Shown: one piece after another, positions 12,144 through 25,584 of the stretch
Numbering within the stretch: the stretch's first letter is position 1
Layout: each line of letters opens with the position of its first letter
NCBI GenBank assembly: GCA_051362555.1
Contig: CM120644.1
Location: 2,488,954-2,552,953, forward strand
Length of the DNA: 64,000 nt
Reading direction: 5' to 3'
DNA from: Lingula anatina
Lineage: Eukaryota; Animalia; Brachiopoda
Position numbers and translations under genes: made by a program
The notes under the pieces: model-generated
Database searches by the model: none
Told to the model about the DNA's origin: nothing
What the model saw: the letters and a program-made list of their open reading frames with translations, nothing else

Positions 12144-13289
12144 GGGTAGCTCTGTGTACGTTTCCCGTTATTTAATTAGTTATCTGTCAGATAATTCGAT
12201 AAACTTATATAAGTAGATAGGTTCCAACTTCCAAGGATAAAAGACCTACCTCACTTTCATCGTTTAATTTGCCATGTTACAGTGAACATGTAGGCCACAT
12301 ATACAATAACTCTCCATATTCGCAAACGAGGGTGCCGTAGGGCCCCAGCAGGAAATGGTTGAACGAAATGGTGACCGATAGCTTAGGACCATGGCTAACA
12401 AAAAAAAGCAAAACAAAGGCGGGTATGGTTTTTTAATGGGACTAATTTTATCAGAAAAATACTGATTTTACGGTTCTTCTTTACCCTCTTCTGTATCTTT
12501 TGGTGGCCACTTTGATTTTTAAATACCATTAACGTGGATTGCATGGAAGCTACCGATCGATTATCCAACTCTGTTCTTCCAACGGAAAATAGAGCCACAA
12601 ATAAAATATATTTTCGACTTCTGGCTGTTTTTCTATTTTCCCACAAAAAATTGGCGTACAGATTGAATTTTGCTCAATGCCTCGGAAGTAGTTAATTTTA
12701 CTAGTCTAGCCAAAAGGAATTCAATTCTGCAAAGAAAAGTTTACGGGACAGAACAATGCAGGCTTGGCATTCTGGCAACTCGACTGGGGGGAAGGGCATC
12801 ATGCATCCAATATAAAACATCTTCAGGTTTCATAGATGACATCAACGACCACGTGTGAGCATCCTGCCCACCGGCCTTGCACGACCTGAGAGAGCGCAAG
12901 TGATAAAAGTGCACGCTGACCCCAATACAGAGTGTCCCTCAATGTTTAAGGTGTTTTACTTATCAGTTGATTCAGGCCGTTCACACTTTGGCTGATACAA
13001 GAGTGAGGTGAGTACCGATATCTAATTTACAGTATAATTAAGTAAACGTTTCTCATATTTATACAATATCAAGGATTTAAATCTGCATCAAGCACAACAA
13101 TGTTACAAGAGATTTTGTTGCAAATGTGGTTCACAATTGTGAAGTATTTAGCATCTGCATTTGAATCCTCCGATATTTTATCAACTGCCACAGTCTGTCG
13201 TAAGGTTATTTTGTGGGTTACTTTGGTTCAACAGACACGATTTTATTATCGATATTTGTACAATTTCATTTCAGTTTTTTCGTTGCAAA

Positions 13290-16200
13290 ATGTCCACCTC
13301 ACGTATGGAAGAAGTATGGGATATAATCACAGATTTAAGTGCGGCGGCTGATAGTGTGGAAACCAGTCAGGACCTCTATAGACAGTGGGCACCAGACTAT
13401 GACCGAGACAATGTGGTAATATAACCGATTCTTTATGCAATTATTGTATAGGACTTTACTGTTAGGAAAACAATATTCCATAAGCTAATACACACGGCAT
13501 CTGAATGTTATGGTTTGTATACGGGGACTAAAAGTTCAAGTTATAAGTTACTATGGATACATACAAACATAGTTCAAGCATCTGGTGTCCTCCAAGTCAC
13601 CGATATCTGATATTCTTTTAAGCTATTCTTTAAGTGTGGTTATATTTAAAAAGTGGTCTTGTTACAAGAACAAGTCTGACAGAAGGATCCCTTAAGGTCA
13701 CGTCCCAGGAACAACGCATTTATATATAAAGTATATATACTCAAGCCTTGTATCATTAATAATCGCCAAAACAAAATAATAGTTACCTTACATTTTTCGG
13801 ATTTTTTCGAAGTTATACAGAGTTATCTTTATCAGTGGGGCATTAAAAATACATGGCTGATTTAAAATGATAAAGCAATCATAAAAATGCGATTTTTTTA
13901 AGCTGCATAATTTCCAAATCACCAAAACGTGACGCGCCCAGAAATGAACAGTCATACCAATGCTTAATCATGCAAAGGGTCAGAGGTGACGTCCTATTTC
14001 TGCTCTCAAGCGGCTAGGTATGGGTCTTTAATTACATTAAAAGTAGTGATCCGGTTTATTCTAAATTTGTTCAAGGTGCATAGTAGGCCTAGGTTTATAG
14101 GTAAACTGTTCATTTCTCTATTCAAATTGTATGAGATAAAGTTCATAAAAATATACATGTGAACCTACCCATACCTCATAAACTGAAATATACCATATTA
14201 AATGTTACATCGACTTAAATTTAATCCTAATTTGAAGTAAAAATTTCTCAAAGTTGATAGTTTTACAGGACATTCATTACAACGGTCCAAAATTGAGTGC
14301 GCAGAAAATAGCCCAGCTGTTTGGAGAAAACAAAGATGTTTTGATACTGGACGCAGGGGCTGGAACTGGTTTGGTCGGGAAAGAGGTATGAATAAGATCC
14401 TGCTTTTTTTTTTTTTTTTTTTTTTTTTTTTGTCTCCATTCCACGGGTAACATTTTTTAAACCAGTCTCATTTCTTGTACGAGTTCTTTGGTTTCTCTTA
14501 TAAGCAGCTTGTAAATTTTACTCTCATATTATACTGCTGGTGATGACGATTTCTTTCAAACTAAGAATACTGGCTTGTTAAACATCAGCTCACTGAATTT
14601 TATTGACAGTTGCAGAATCTTGGATTCACAAACTTGGAGGCTCTAGACGGAAGTCAGGAGATGTTAGATGTAGCCAATCAGAAAGGGATTTACAAGAGGA
14701 GTATGTGCAGTTTGTTAGGGCCGAGCCGATTGGACATCGATTCAGGTTTGATTCTACAATAAAAAACGTTTTAAGACACACAATACGTGGTAGTTTTTAA
14801 ATAGCAAGATAACGATTTTTCTTGGAAATTTACGCAACTTTTAATTTACCTTCTACTTATCCCCTGCAGTCTCTTTTTTTTTTTCAGAAAACTTTTCATT
14901 AACGTTTGTACACACACATTGGATGCACCAATGCATGACTTCCCGTGGTTGGAAACTTAAACCCACTTGTTCAACCATTTGAAATACTAATGCCCAGTGT
15001 AAGCCCCTTATTTAAATGCCTATTGCTCTGGTGAGCATCTGTGATCCTTGGCAAAGTATAGGGTCAGTGGTTTTATGTAGCATTTCAAAAGCTTTTGAGC
15101 CCCACATGTAAACAGTGCAATGCACAGGATCCTATTTAAGTGTGGGGAGTGGGGAATATAATCGGTTCCCTTTCCCTGCCGCATGGCCAAAATGTCAAAA
15201 CAAGGAAATGACGTGGTCCATCAAGTTATTTCAATTGGTCATTTTTATGTATTCAAAGAATATTTAATTTAAGAAATTCCGTTATAGTAGGGGAGCCAAG
15301 GCTAAAAAAAAGGGTGAAAAAAAAATTTAATGATATAAAATTTTCGAATATATTGTCGGAGAGCCTGATATCTGGGGTTTATGAATCTGCTTATTGGACA
15401 AATGGGCTCAATTGCGAAAGTGCCCAAAAATCCAAGATGGCCGCCACCCCTAAGGAATATGCAATAAATGGATAAATTATGAAAAATGGTTGATATTTTC
15501 AGTTTGTTTCAGGGTAGATATTTTTATTGTCCATATATTGTGGAAATATATACTATCTGGTGATCTGTAGCAGGAATTGGTCAATTGGATTCAAAATGGC
15601 TGCTCTATCCAAGATGGCGGCCAATATTTCAACATTTTTTGCAATTAAATCCTCTTTTCATTGATCTAGAATTTCTTTCAATATTGATATGAGCAGACAT
15701 TTATCAAATAAAGATTGCCTCTACTATTTCCTGCATTTGTACCATCTATGTATAATATAGAGGCTTTGTGAATACAAAAAAAATTCAATATGGCCGCCAC
15801 ACAACCCTTACCATTATGAGTCAAGGTACCATCTGTCTTTTATAAAAAAGTTCAAATATCTACTTTAATGAAGCAAGTGCTATTTCTATTTTACAATTTT
15901 GGGGTAAAGGGGAATTGCTTCAATATTTTAAAGTTAAATTCAAAGAGCTATCTCAATCCAAGATGGCTACTTTATCCAAGATGGCGGCCAAATTTTCACA
16001 AGTTTTTGCAATGAAGCCATGGTTTCTGTAATCTAGAACTACTTTCAATCATGGAAAAAGCTAAATTTTATCAAATATAGAATCTTTTCAATACTGTGTG
16101 CATTTTTGCTATCTGAATGCATAATTAAAGTTTGATTATTAGAGAAAAATCCAATATGGCTGCCATACACCCCTTACCAATATGTGTCAAAGGCGAAACA

Positions 16201-19200
16201 TATATCAGATCAAAAGTTGGTATATCTCATTTAATGAAGTACATTATACTTTCATTTTAAAACATATGGGTAAAGTACACGTGTTTTAATTTTATAAAGG
16301 TTAATTATAGACTGCCTTTAAATCCAATATGGCCACTCTATCCAAGATGGCAGCCAAAATTTGACCAATTTTGCAATTTAATTCCTTTTCTTTACGTCAG
16401 AATTTCTTTCAATCTTCTAGAAGCAAAATTTCATCAAACATAGATACTCTACCCTAACTTTTGCATTTTTTACTATATATATACAGAATGATGGCTTTAT
16501 GCTTATAGAAACACCCAAAATGGCCACTATAAATCCCTTATCATTACCTTCATATGAATCAAAATCACGTATCTCATCAAAAGTTGAAACATCTCCTTTG
16601 TTGAAATACATTTCATTTTTATTTTACAATATATGTGTATATGAGAATGTTTTCACTTTTTGCAGATAAATTTAAGATGGCATGTTTATTCACAGTCAAT
16701 TATTTACAAGTTTTTTTCACTTTCATATGCATGTTCTTGGACCATTGTATTTTACAGCATAAGAACTATGTTGTCAAAGTACATGTCTAGAATGACATCA
16801 TTATCTATTTATTTGTTTATCAAAAAGAAGCTCGAAGGTTTTGTATAATAATAATTCCGATTCCATGCCAATTTCGCTTCATGGAATCAAAGGTAAACTC
16901 ATATTTTATTGAAACTTCACACAACATTCATTGAACTATGCAACAGATACTAGTTTCATTTATTACATTGGTGTTTTAGTTACCTCCGCCAAGTAGGTTA
17001 TGTTTTCACTCGTTTGTTTGTCATCAACATAAAAAGTTATGGATGAATTTCGATGGAATTTTCAGGGTAGGTCAGAAATGGGTTAACTTAGAAGTGATTA
17101 GTTTTTGGTGGTGATCTGGATCAATGATAACCAATAATCAAAAATAAAAAAATTAAGTCATGGACCGATTTTGATGAAATTTTCAGGAACTGTCAGAAGT
17201 GGGCCAAGGAATTAACAGATGATTAGTATTTGGTGGTGATTCGAATCAATCAATAAAAATAAACTTAATCATTATAGAATGAAAATTTAGGGGTGAAACG
17301 ACCTTGGGTGGAGACTTTGCTGCCTTGGTGGAGGTCTGTGCTCTCGGAGTGCCTTTCTAGTTGCAATTTTTTTTTGGGGAATACAGATGGTGGCCACAAC
17401 TATGCATTTTGCTATTTAGCAATTTATTATGTCCCACATCATTAAGTCTAGATTTTAGATCTTAATTTTATTTCTGCTAATTTGCAGAATATTGCAGCAA
17501 AATGGAAAGAAGGAATTGCAATTTGCAGCAGATTTGCAGCAATATTGCAGCAAATTTGCAACTGGCCTAATATTTTGGTAAGGGTAAAGCTCATAAAGTA
17601 TAGAAATGAAGAGCATCCTCAGTTGGTAGGAGAGACCTAAGATCTGCTTTGCAAAAAGCAAATATGCAGGGCCTTTGGTCATATCTAAAGACCCCAAAAT
17701 CCATATAGCTGTACAAAAATCATGCGCACCTCTTCCATAATACCACGTAACTGTAAGGTGGTGACATTCCCCTCCATGCTGGAAAAGGTTGCAAAATGCC
17801 AAGCATTTGCACTTCCCATGCTTATAAGAAGAGGTGATGAAACTGCGCCCAGTAAGCTCATAAACTGTACTCAAATCACACCCATGTGGACCATAAGTGC
17901 TTCATGTAAGACAAATATCAATGTGTGAATTGGAAGAAACCTTCCAATTTTTGCAACCTGCAGTGACCTATGTGTATAGCTAGGTTCTGAGGAATATACC
18001 CATGACCTCTTTACCCATATGCTTGATGAAATACCCAAGTACTAAATGCTCCAAGTCTCCAATCCACTGTAACACCAGGTTTCCTCAGGAGGAATCTGAG
18101 ATGAGTCTGATCCTTTAGTTTCCACTCTCCTTTGGGAAAAGAAAATCTGATCACCAAGCACAAAAAGATTTTTCACCCATGGGCAATGTACTGAAGGAAC
18201 CATAACATAGGGTACTCGAGATGTTTTATTTGGACACGTGGATCTTGTCCCTGTATCTACTATGCTGATTTCAGCTGGTGAAACCTGTGGAACATACATG
18301 TATTGTATCCTTCCAAGGCAGCAGGATGGTGGAGGATTCATAATGTTAAGAGATGGATACACACTTGACCACAGATTGTCCTTGGTTGTTATTCCATGAT
18401 ACTTTAACAGAGCTAGATACAGGGAAGAAGTATTGTTCAATGTAGTGTCCCTTCATATTCAGGTGCACAGCCAATAGCAACTCATTTTTATGGACAAAAA
18501 AGGCTTCACTCTGCAGAGAACTACGAAACTGCTAACAAAACTGCTGGTTAGTTTGGTATGGCCAGCATCTTCCCCAAGCCTTTATCCAAAAAAATAACTG
18601 TCAGGACAGCATCCAGAGCTGTGGAAACATGTTATAGTTGGAGAGAGCTTGTCAGGAATGATGGATCAACATTCCACAGCAAAAATATCAAACACAGGAG
18701 ATGTTATGAAAAGTTAACATAAGCCTGTTTTTCTTTTTTTTTTTTTTTTTTTTTTGAAGTTTGTGATCCAAAAAATTCATACAAGAAAAAAATTCAATTA
18801 ATTATTCCTTCATTAGATAGGTGCTTTATATTGAAAAAAAAGTTCATAATTTTTCATATACCATGTGAAGGATAATTACCACATACTTTGAAATCTGTTT
18901 GTAATCCTGTTTTACCTCTGAAATCAAGTTTTAAAGGTCAATATATCATCTAAATAAGCCCAACTTAATATTAATTGTTAAGTTAAAAGTAATGTTCCAT
19001 GGCAACATTATAGTAACATACATGCCTGTCGTGTCCGACATTAAGATAAAGATATTTTATGAGATCACATGATGTAACCTGTTGTGGTCCAACAGCTCTT
19101 GAGATTTGTGGCGGCCTCTTTGTATAATGCTCATGTGAAGAATTTAACTATACAATTGTTAGCAATTAACGTTTAGATCCACATAAGATAAGAAATTGGT

Positions 19201-21480
19201 ATATAAGCGATGAGAATTGATACCTTTGGGAGAGAAAGAAGAAGAGCAGAAGAGATTGGGAAAGACGGGACAGACGTGTTTTCAAGAAGTTAGGAGTTGG
19301 AGACTTAGAAACATCAACAAATAAATCATTTAACTGGTCATTATGTGGACTTGGGTTTTCTTTGCGCGACCTTATGTAAATCTGACATGAACCATGGAAT
19401 CTTTAGATTGCATTATCCACTAAGTTAGGCGAAATTGTAATTTCCTAATTCAAGCCCACACTTGAATTAAGCATCCTAAATTTTTAAAGTTTACGTCATT
19501 CACTCCATATATAAGGAAAAGTTCATTACATGCCATCTAGAATTGAATGTCATCTATAAAATATATATCACTGCCAACTGAAAAATATACTTCATTAAAT
19601 AAGAGATTTCAACTATCAGTAAAGTACACATGGTACCATTGATTTATAATGGTAAGGGGTATCCATATACACCTTACCATTATAAATTAGAGAAAAATCC
19701 AATGAAAAAGGCCTAAACGTATTCTTTACAGATATTAAAACGTAGGAAATATTTAAGAGAATCTATATTTCTTGAAATATAGCTTTTACCATGGTTGAAA
19801 TAATTTCTAGAGCATAGAACATATGCCTCAGTTGCAAAAATTGGTAAAATAATGGCAGCCATCTTGGATAAAGAAGCCATATTGAAAAAAAGATATGGTC
19901 TTAACTTTACCTTTAAAAATAAACAATTGTCCTTTATCAATAAACTGCAAAGGAAACATGAAATATACTTCATTTAAGAAGATATTTGATCTTGCAAATA
20001 AGGTGCATGCTGTGGGCACCTTTAGGCCATAACAGTCGGGGTACATGGTGGCCATGTTGGATTTTCTTCTAATCATTAAGCTTTATACTGTAGAGAGAGA
20101 GAAAAATACAGGTCATACTGTACATATTTTATATTTGATTTTGTGTTGCTTCTATCATGATTGAAAGTAATTCTAGATTAAATAAAACATGACTTAACTG
20201 CAAAAATTGGCAAAATCTTGGCCGCCATCTTGAATAAAGCAGCCATCTTGGGTCAAGACACCATCTCAAATTTACCTTTAAAATTTAAAACAATTGTCCT
20301 ATACCTGCATATTGTAAAATAAAAATAAAATATACTTCATTTTATAAGGTATTTCAACTTTCAAAAAGATATACATTGTGCTTCTGACTCATAATGGTGA
20401 GGGGCATGTGGCGGCCATATTGGATTTTTCTCTTAATCAAAAAGCCTCCATAGTGCATGCAGACAACAGAAATGTGTGAAATATTATAGAAAAGCTATAT
20501 TTGATGACAGTTTGCTTATATCACGATTAAAAGAAATTCTAGATTGAAGAAAACATGACTTAATTGAAAAAAAATAGTGAAATATTGTCCGCCATCTTGG
20601 ATGAAGCGGCCATTTTGAATCCAATTGACAAATTATTGCAACAGACTCCCAGGAAGTACATATTTCCACAATATATACATAATATAAGTAATCTACACTT
20701 CAGCAAAGAAATATTATTAATCACTTTTCATAATTGATGCTTATTCTGTGTATTCACCATGGCTGGCGGCCATCTTGGATTTTTGGGCACTTTCGCAATT
20801 GAGCCCATTTGTCCAATAAGCAGATTCATAAACCCCAGGTATCAGGCTCTCCAACGATATGTTCGAAAATTTTATATCAGTAAATTTTTTTTACTACCCT
20901 TTTTTGAAGGCTTTTGGAGTTTGGCTCCCCTACTATTACTTGCTATAGGAAATCAAAATCAATTCACTGTTTTACAGGTTATTATGACTGCGTGGTGTGC
21001 ATTGGCAGTGTGGCGGCTAACCATGCAAATGCCGGTTGCCTTCCAGAACTGATTCGGATCACAAAATCAGGTATATTAGAGGGGATAGTTTAACATTGCG
21101 CTTAAGAATAACAGTCTACATTTCTGAAGCAAGCGCTTCATAGGCTTGCTTGTGCATTGGTTTAAATTCAGAAAGCAGGCCCTACATGTAGACTCATTCT
21201 ACCTTACTGTAGGTAATGGCTAAAAATCAATCAATCAATCATATAAGATCTTCAGTCCATTGTGGGTCACGATGCTTCTTCTGTCTCTTCAGGTGGGTAT
21301 GTTTTCATAGCAACCAGGGAAGATAATGTTCCGAACTCCGGGTATGACGGCAAGAGCTGGGACGACTGGTTGAAGATCCACGAAGACAATGGGCTATGGA
21401 AGAAAGTAGAGATTAGAAGGGTCGAAGATTGGATCGCCGATGTTCACGGGGGCATGATGTACATGTACCGGGTTATGTAA
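13290..21480 (+). CDS. METTL27: METTL27/WBSCR27-like methyltransferase, paralogue 3 (219 aa)
   Basis: Exons 13290-13415, 14269-14385, 14610-14745, 20978-21070, 21293-21480, all GT-AG, total 660 nt in frame. Motifs LYRQWAPDYDRD and ILDAGAGTGLVG. Intron 3 is enlarged by a transposon. Confidence 0.9.
16978..17362 (+). mobile_element. Helentron-associated non-autonomous element (HINE/DINE-like) nested in the Academ element
   Basis: 5' TACCTCCGCCAAGTAGGTTATGTTTT. Subterminal IR ACCTCCGCCAAG / CTTGGTGGAGGT (~17324-17335). 3' hairpin GTGCTCTCGGAGTGC then CTAG-TT. Two internal degenerate tandem units. Confidence 0.8.
17560..17880 (-). pseudogene. Remnant of Academ transposase C-terminal (XPG/PIN-like) region
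   Basis: The - strand reads VYELTGRSFITSSYKHGK (resembling H.LTGCD.TS.F..GK), then AYLLFAK and, after a frameshift, KADLRSLLPTEDALHFYTL*AL (resembling LPPT.DAL..H..RA). Assigned from recalled motifs, no search run. Confidence 0.6.
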
Positions 21481-24400
21481 GGTACATGTACAGCCCAGCA
21501 TACGTTTACCACTGTATAATTCTTGACTTGTCACTGTTAACTTCGAATTTCCTCTGCAATGCCAATTGGTTGATATTCTAACAAAACCATCATATTTTGC
21601 ATACCGTAAACATTATGTGTTAGTTATATATTTACATTAAGAGCATGAGCCTACAAAAGATAAATACAAAGATACAAAAAACAACACAATGTTTTTTTTG
21701 TACCACAATGTAGATTGTATTTCTGAACAATATTCATCATGAGCATGGCTAATTGATGCCACACTTTGCGCCACTGTATCAATATGGTAGCAGCAATGTT
21801 ACAATGTATATCTATAAATACTGACTTCAGCAAACATTCAACAATGTACAATTAAAAAATGCAGAAAGACAAAAATATGAATCTACAAAGCAGACAGCAG
21901 TGTGACATATCACGACAGAGAAAGAACTTTGGACGTACATGTATATCTCACAGTATGAAATACCTATTGATCAGAATAAAATAATTAAATGAAGAAAAAT
22001 ACTTCTTGTTTACCTATTGGAAAATTATCAAATTATTTGGGAAAACAATATTTTATGAATGCAATGAATTATTTCTTGTTTCAAAAAATATGTCAGAAAT
22101 GTCAGATTACTCATGAGAACACTACGCGTATATTGATAACTATTCGGGCAAGGGAGATCTATTTGAAATCGTTATTTCAGGTTTCATCCCAAAAACGTCG
22201 TTGTTGTGTCGTCAGCTAGAAGTAGAAAACTCGCCACGTTGTTTTTGCTCGTAACATAGCAGAGTTAGTTTCTGTATTATCAAAACGGACAAGGAAAAAA
22301 TCACTATTGTTATTAATGCCATTCATTTTATCATAATACACAAGTGTGGTATTTTAAATCATTTTAAGTGGTTTTTGGATTCTTTAACTGATCAAGGTGT
22401 CAGCCATGCAGAATCAGCATCCCCTTCCAGACACACGCGCACGAACGCACACACTCCCACACGCACACACACACACACACCTGCGTACTCTCTCTTTTTC
22501 GAACAAGAGCACCTGTTCTTGCAGTCTGCTGGTCTGATGTGAACAATTTCAGTTGTTGCGTGTTGGTTTCAAATACAACAAAACATTGCAGGTTTGTCTC
22601 AACTGTCGCAATCAAAGAAACAAAGCTTTTCCTCCTCTTCATTCCAACTAATACAAGTTTGATGTCTAACCCTTGATTTGTAGATGTGTAACGCCAGGTT
22701 GAAGTGAAAAGAGTAATAATGAAATATGGGTAATGCAGTGGTTAAACTCGAGTTGTCTGTAAAATTTGTTGTCTTTTTTCATCTTTTTTTGTGTGTCGTG
22801 AATGGAAGTCATGTGGGGCGCGACTAAAAGGAATCTAAAAGAATCTAACGATCTCTAACGTAACTGCCATTTTCGTAATATAATATGAAAAAAGTTATAT
22901 TCCCAAAAGTGAGATGTTTTAATAAATCGGACACGTGAAATCAGCAAAGAAAATTATGGGGAACATATCCAAAACACGACTTAAGCCCGCTCCAGTACAC
23001 CGCTGCTCTTATGTGCGAAAAATAAAGCTGGTGAAATGCCTCATGGGAGCAGGGGTCTTCGAGCCGGGTTGGGGGTGGGTAACACCCGCAGAACGAATTA
23101 AAATAACAATAATATTTTAAAAATGCTTCCCACATGTAAGTAGGACGACTGAATTTCTGTTGTTGACTGATCACAAAAAGAGATTTGGTCGCCACATCGA
23201 TGTGAGTAAGCGACAACCATGTCTGCCAGTCTAACCAACCTACGGAGACAGAGGAAATGTTCCAATATCATTCGCATCTAACCCGGCGTCTATTATATAC
23301 TCCATTAATTCACTTCGGCTAGAAGGCACAACGGCAGAGCAAACCGGTGACTTAGGCTTCGTTCACACTGACTAAAGCCATTTCGATCCTGCTTCGTTTC
23401 TATTTCTCTCCAACATGCATGCAGGACCACTAAACTGTTTATTGGGTATAGTAGCTCCAGCGTGAACGAGTTCAGTATCTGTCGGCATCTTGGATCACTG
23501 ACGTTTTTACTGAAGTAGATGACAGTCAGTAGACAGTTGATTGCTTTATCGAGCGCTCTGAACTCTCCGCGACGTGGGACTTTACGACAGCACGGCGTTA
23601 AGTCGTAGCATGGCGTCGCAGAAACAATAACCTACACAACCAGAAAAAAATTACATTTCAATTGTCGTCATGAAATAGCAGCCCCTTTGCAGCGGAAGGT
23701 TGGAAACTCCTCGGCTCTTGTCAACATATTTAGAGATAATAGACAGACTAAAGCTTGGACATACTCTCTTATTATGTCCAAGTCTAAAGCGAAGACGGAT
23801 CGACCGTTTTGTCATGGGCCATCGTGAACTTTGCGGATTAATGTAATATCTTTCCCGATAATACAACACGCCCTTCTGCCAAATGCAGGCTTTTTTCTCA
23901 CATGTCTGATTCGGTTATAAGGGTAGCTATGCTAACGCGCCATCGGCCTGGTGAAACAATTACGTCTTTTATTGTTTCTGTCGTTATGATTCAAGTACTA
24001 GAATAAATCGAGATTTTGCACTTTTCCCTCACAATGTTTATTCAACGTTTATGTAGTGTAGTAATGTTTACAACTATGTTTTAATCGCATCGGGATAAAA
24101 ATCAAACAAATGTTTGAAAGTATTAAAATGTGATTAATGAAAAGTATTAACTTATTCATGATTTTTTTTTTTCAATTTTAAAGTCAAAAGAGCGTTGACA
24201 GGAAAAAAATCCAATAATAACAATTTGAATTTGTTAAAACAATAATGACAAAGGCATATCGAAGACGCTTCATGGTTGGCTATTTATTTATCAAAACAAA
24301 CATTGGAAAAAATGCATTTTACCTGCGATAAAGTGCTCCCGGAGGGGCACAATTTGAAATATTCGTTACTTCTCTTCCTTCATTTACAATTGAGGGAGAT

Positions 24401-25584
24401 TCCTTAGATATGATTTTCGAAACGCATCTCTTTTTTAATATATTTTTATCAAAACTCTCGGGTTTCACTGCTGCGATCCAACGATCATCATCGTGACGCC
24501 AAATTGATGTTACAACATACACTCGTGCCAGACAAAGGGACTCCCTTACAAAACGTCTTGGGTTCAGCTTAGACTGCTTAAAATGGATAGCTGACTACCC
24601 AAAGACGATATTTTGATGCTTGTTTGACATACTTGAAAGATGGTCTACTGTCAATTGTGAGTTTGAACTCCACTGAGACTACGAACTTGCGTCAAAAACA
24701 TTGGTTGATTGATTAAAACAATAAGAGAGTAGTTTACTTCCTTGGTTAAAAGGCAAAAAAAATGAAGTATTTTACATTCTTCGTGAAACGCATCTTAACT
24801 TGCTCCTAGTAAGCGAAGAATTTAGCCCCAAAACTGACTCTAGACTTTGCACACGTTAAGTACAAGAGGTCAATTTTTTCAATAATCACCACGTATTCTA
24901 CTCAGTGCCGGGGGAGGGGGGGGTTCTGAAAAATATATCACACTAATATTCCCCACTTGAAATTAGAATTTTGCCTAGCTGAATTATAGTTCTAAACCAT
25001 ACCAAAGGGCACCGTTTGCCCTCCAAAATACCATTTTTTTTCGGGGCCACACCAAGGGGGCGATGGTCGGCTTTGCATCCGAGGCCTGTCGTTCCGGACC
25101 CCCCCCCCCCCCCTTCAAATAATCCTGGATCCGCCCCTGTTTAGCTTACTTGTTATACCTGTTATATGTGAAAATTCTTTCTGTTAGGTCACAGTTACTG
25201 TAAAAAAAAAATGCATCAGTACCGAAGCAATTAAAATAATGTAGGCCTAGAGCTTTGTTTGTGAAATGCGTGGAAATTTTTACCGATAATCATAGTCAGT
25301 CACAATGTACACGAATCTCACCGGTCTTGTACACTGTCTTAAAAATACGCGGAAGGTATCCTTTACCAAGGCCGCAGATTAATTATGTGGCTTTTTCTTT
25401 ACAAGAGACAGAGAGTACAGAGAATCGTGTCATGAATGAGCCAAAGAAATATCTGTGAATATCTGGTGAAAAATCAATCTGTGGCCCTGGTAGAGGGTAC
25501 GCGGAAAGAAAATTTGTCAATGATCAGTCGGAAGCATTCAGACGCACACCCCACTTTGGAGCCCCATCGAAGAGGGTAAACATA

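Larger units (their letters stand above)
15285..20935 (-). mobile_element. Academ-type DNA transposon (degenerate, internally deleted)
   Basis: Termini TAGTAGGGGAGCCAA ... TTGGCTCCCCTACTA. 3-bp TSD TTA (15282-15284 and 20936-20938). Long inverted arms (>1 kb, with high identity over the outer ~160 bp) built from subrepeats. Transposase-like remnants lie on the - strand. Confidence 0.8.

Noticed and set aside
24650-24690. tRNA or SINE B-box-like GTGAGTTTGAACTCCAC
   Set aside because: No A box or cloverleaf can be built.
25120-25139. hAT-type terminus CTGGATCCGCCCCTG (also near 36376-36390)
   Set aside because: Only single ends are visible, with no partner TIR or TSD to define an element.
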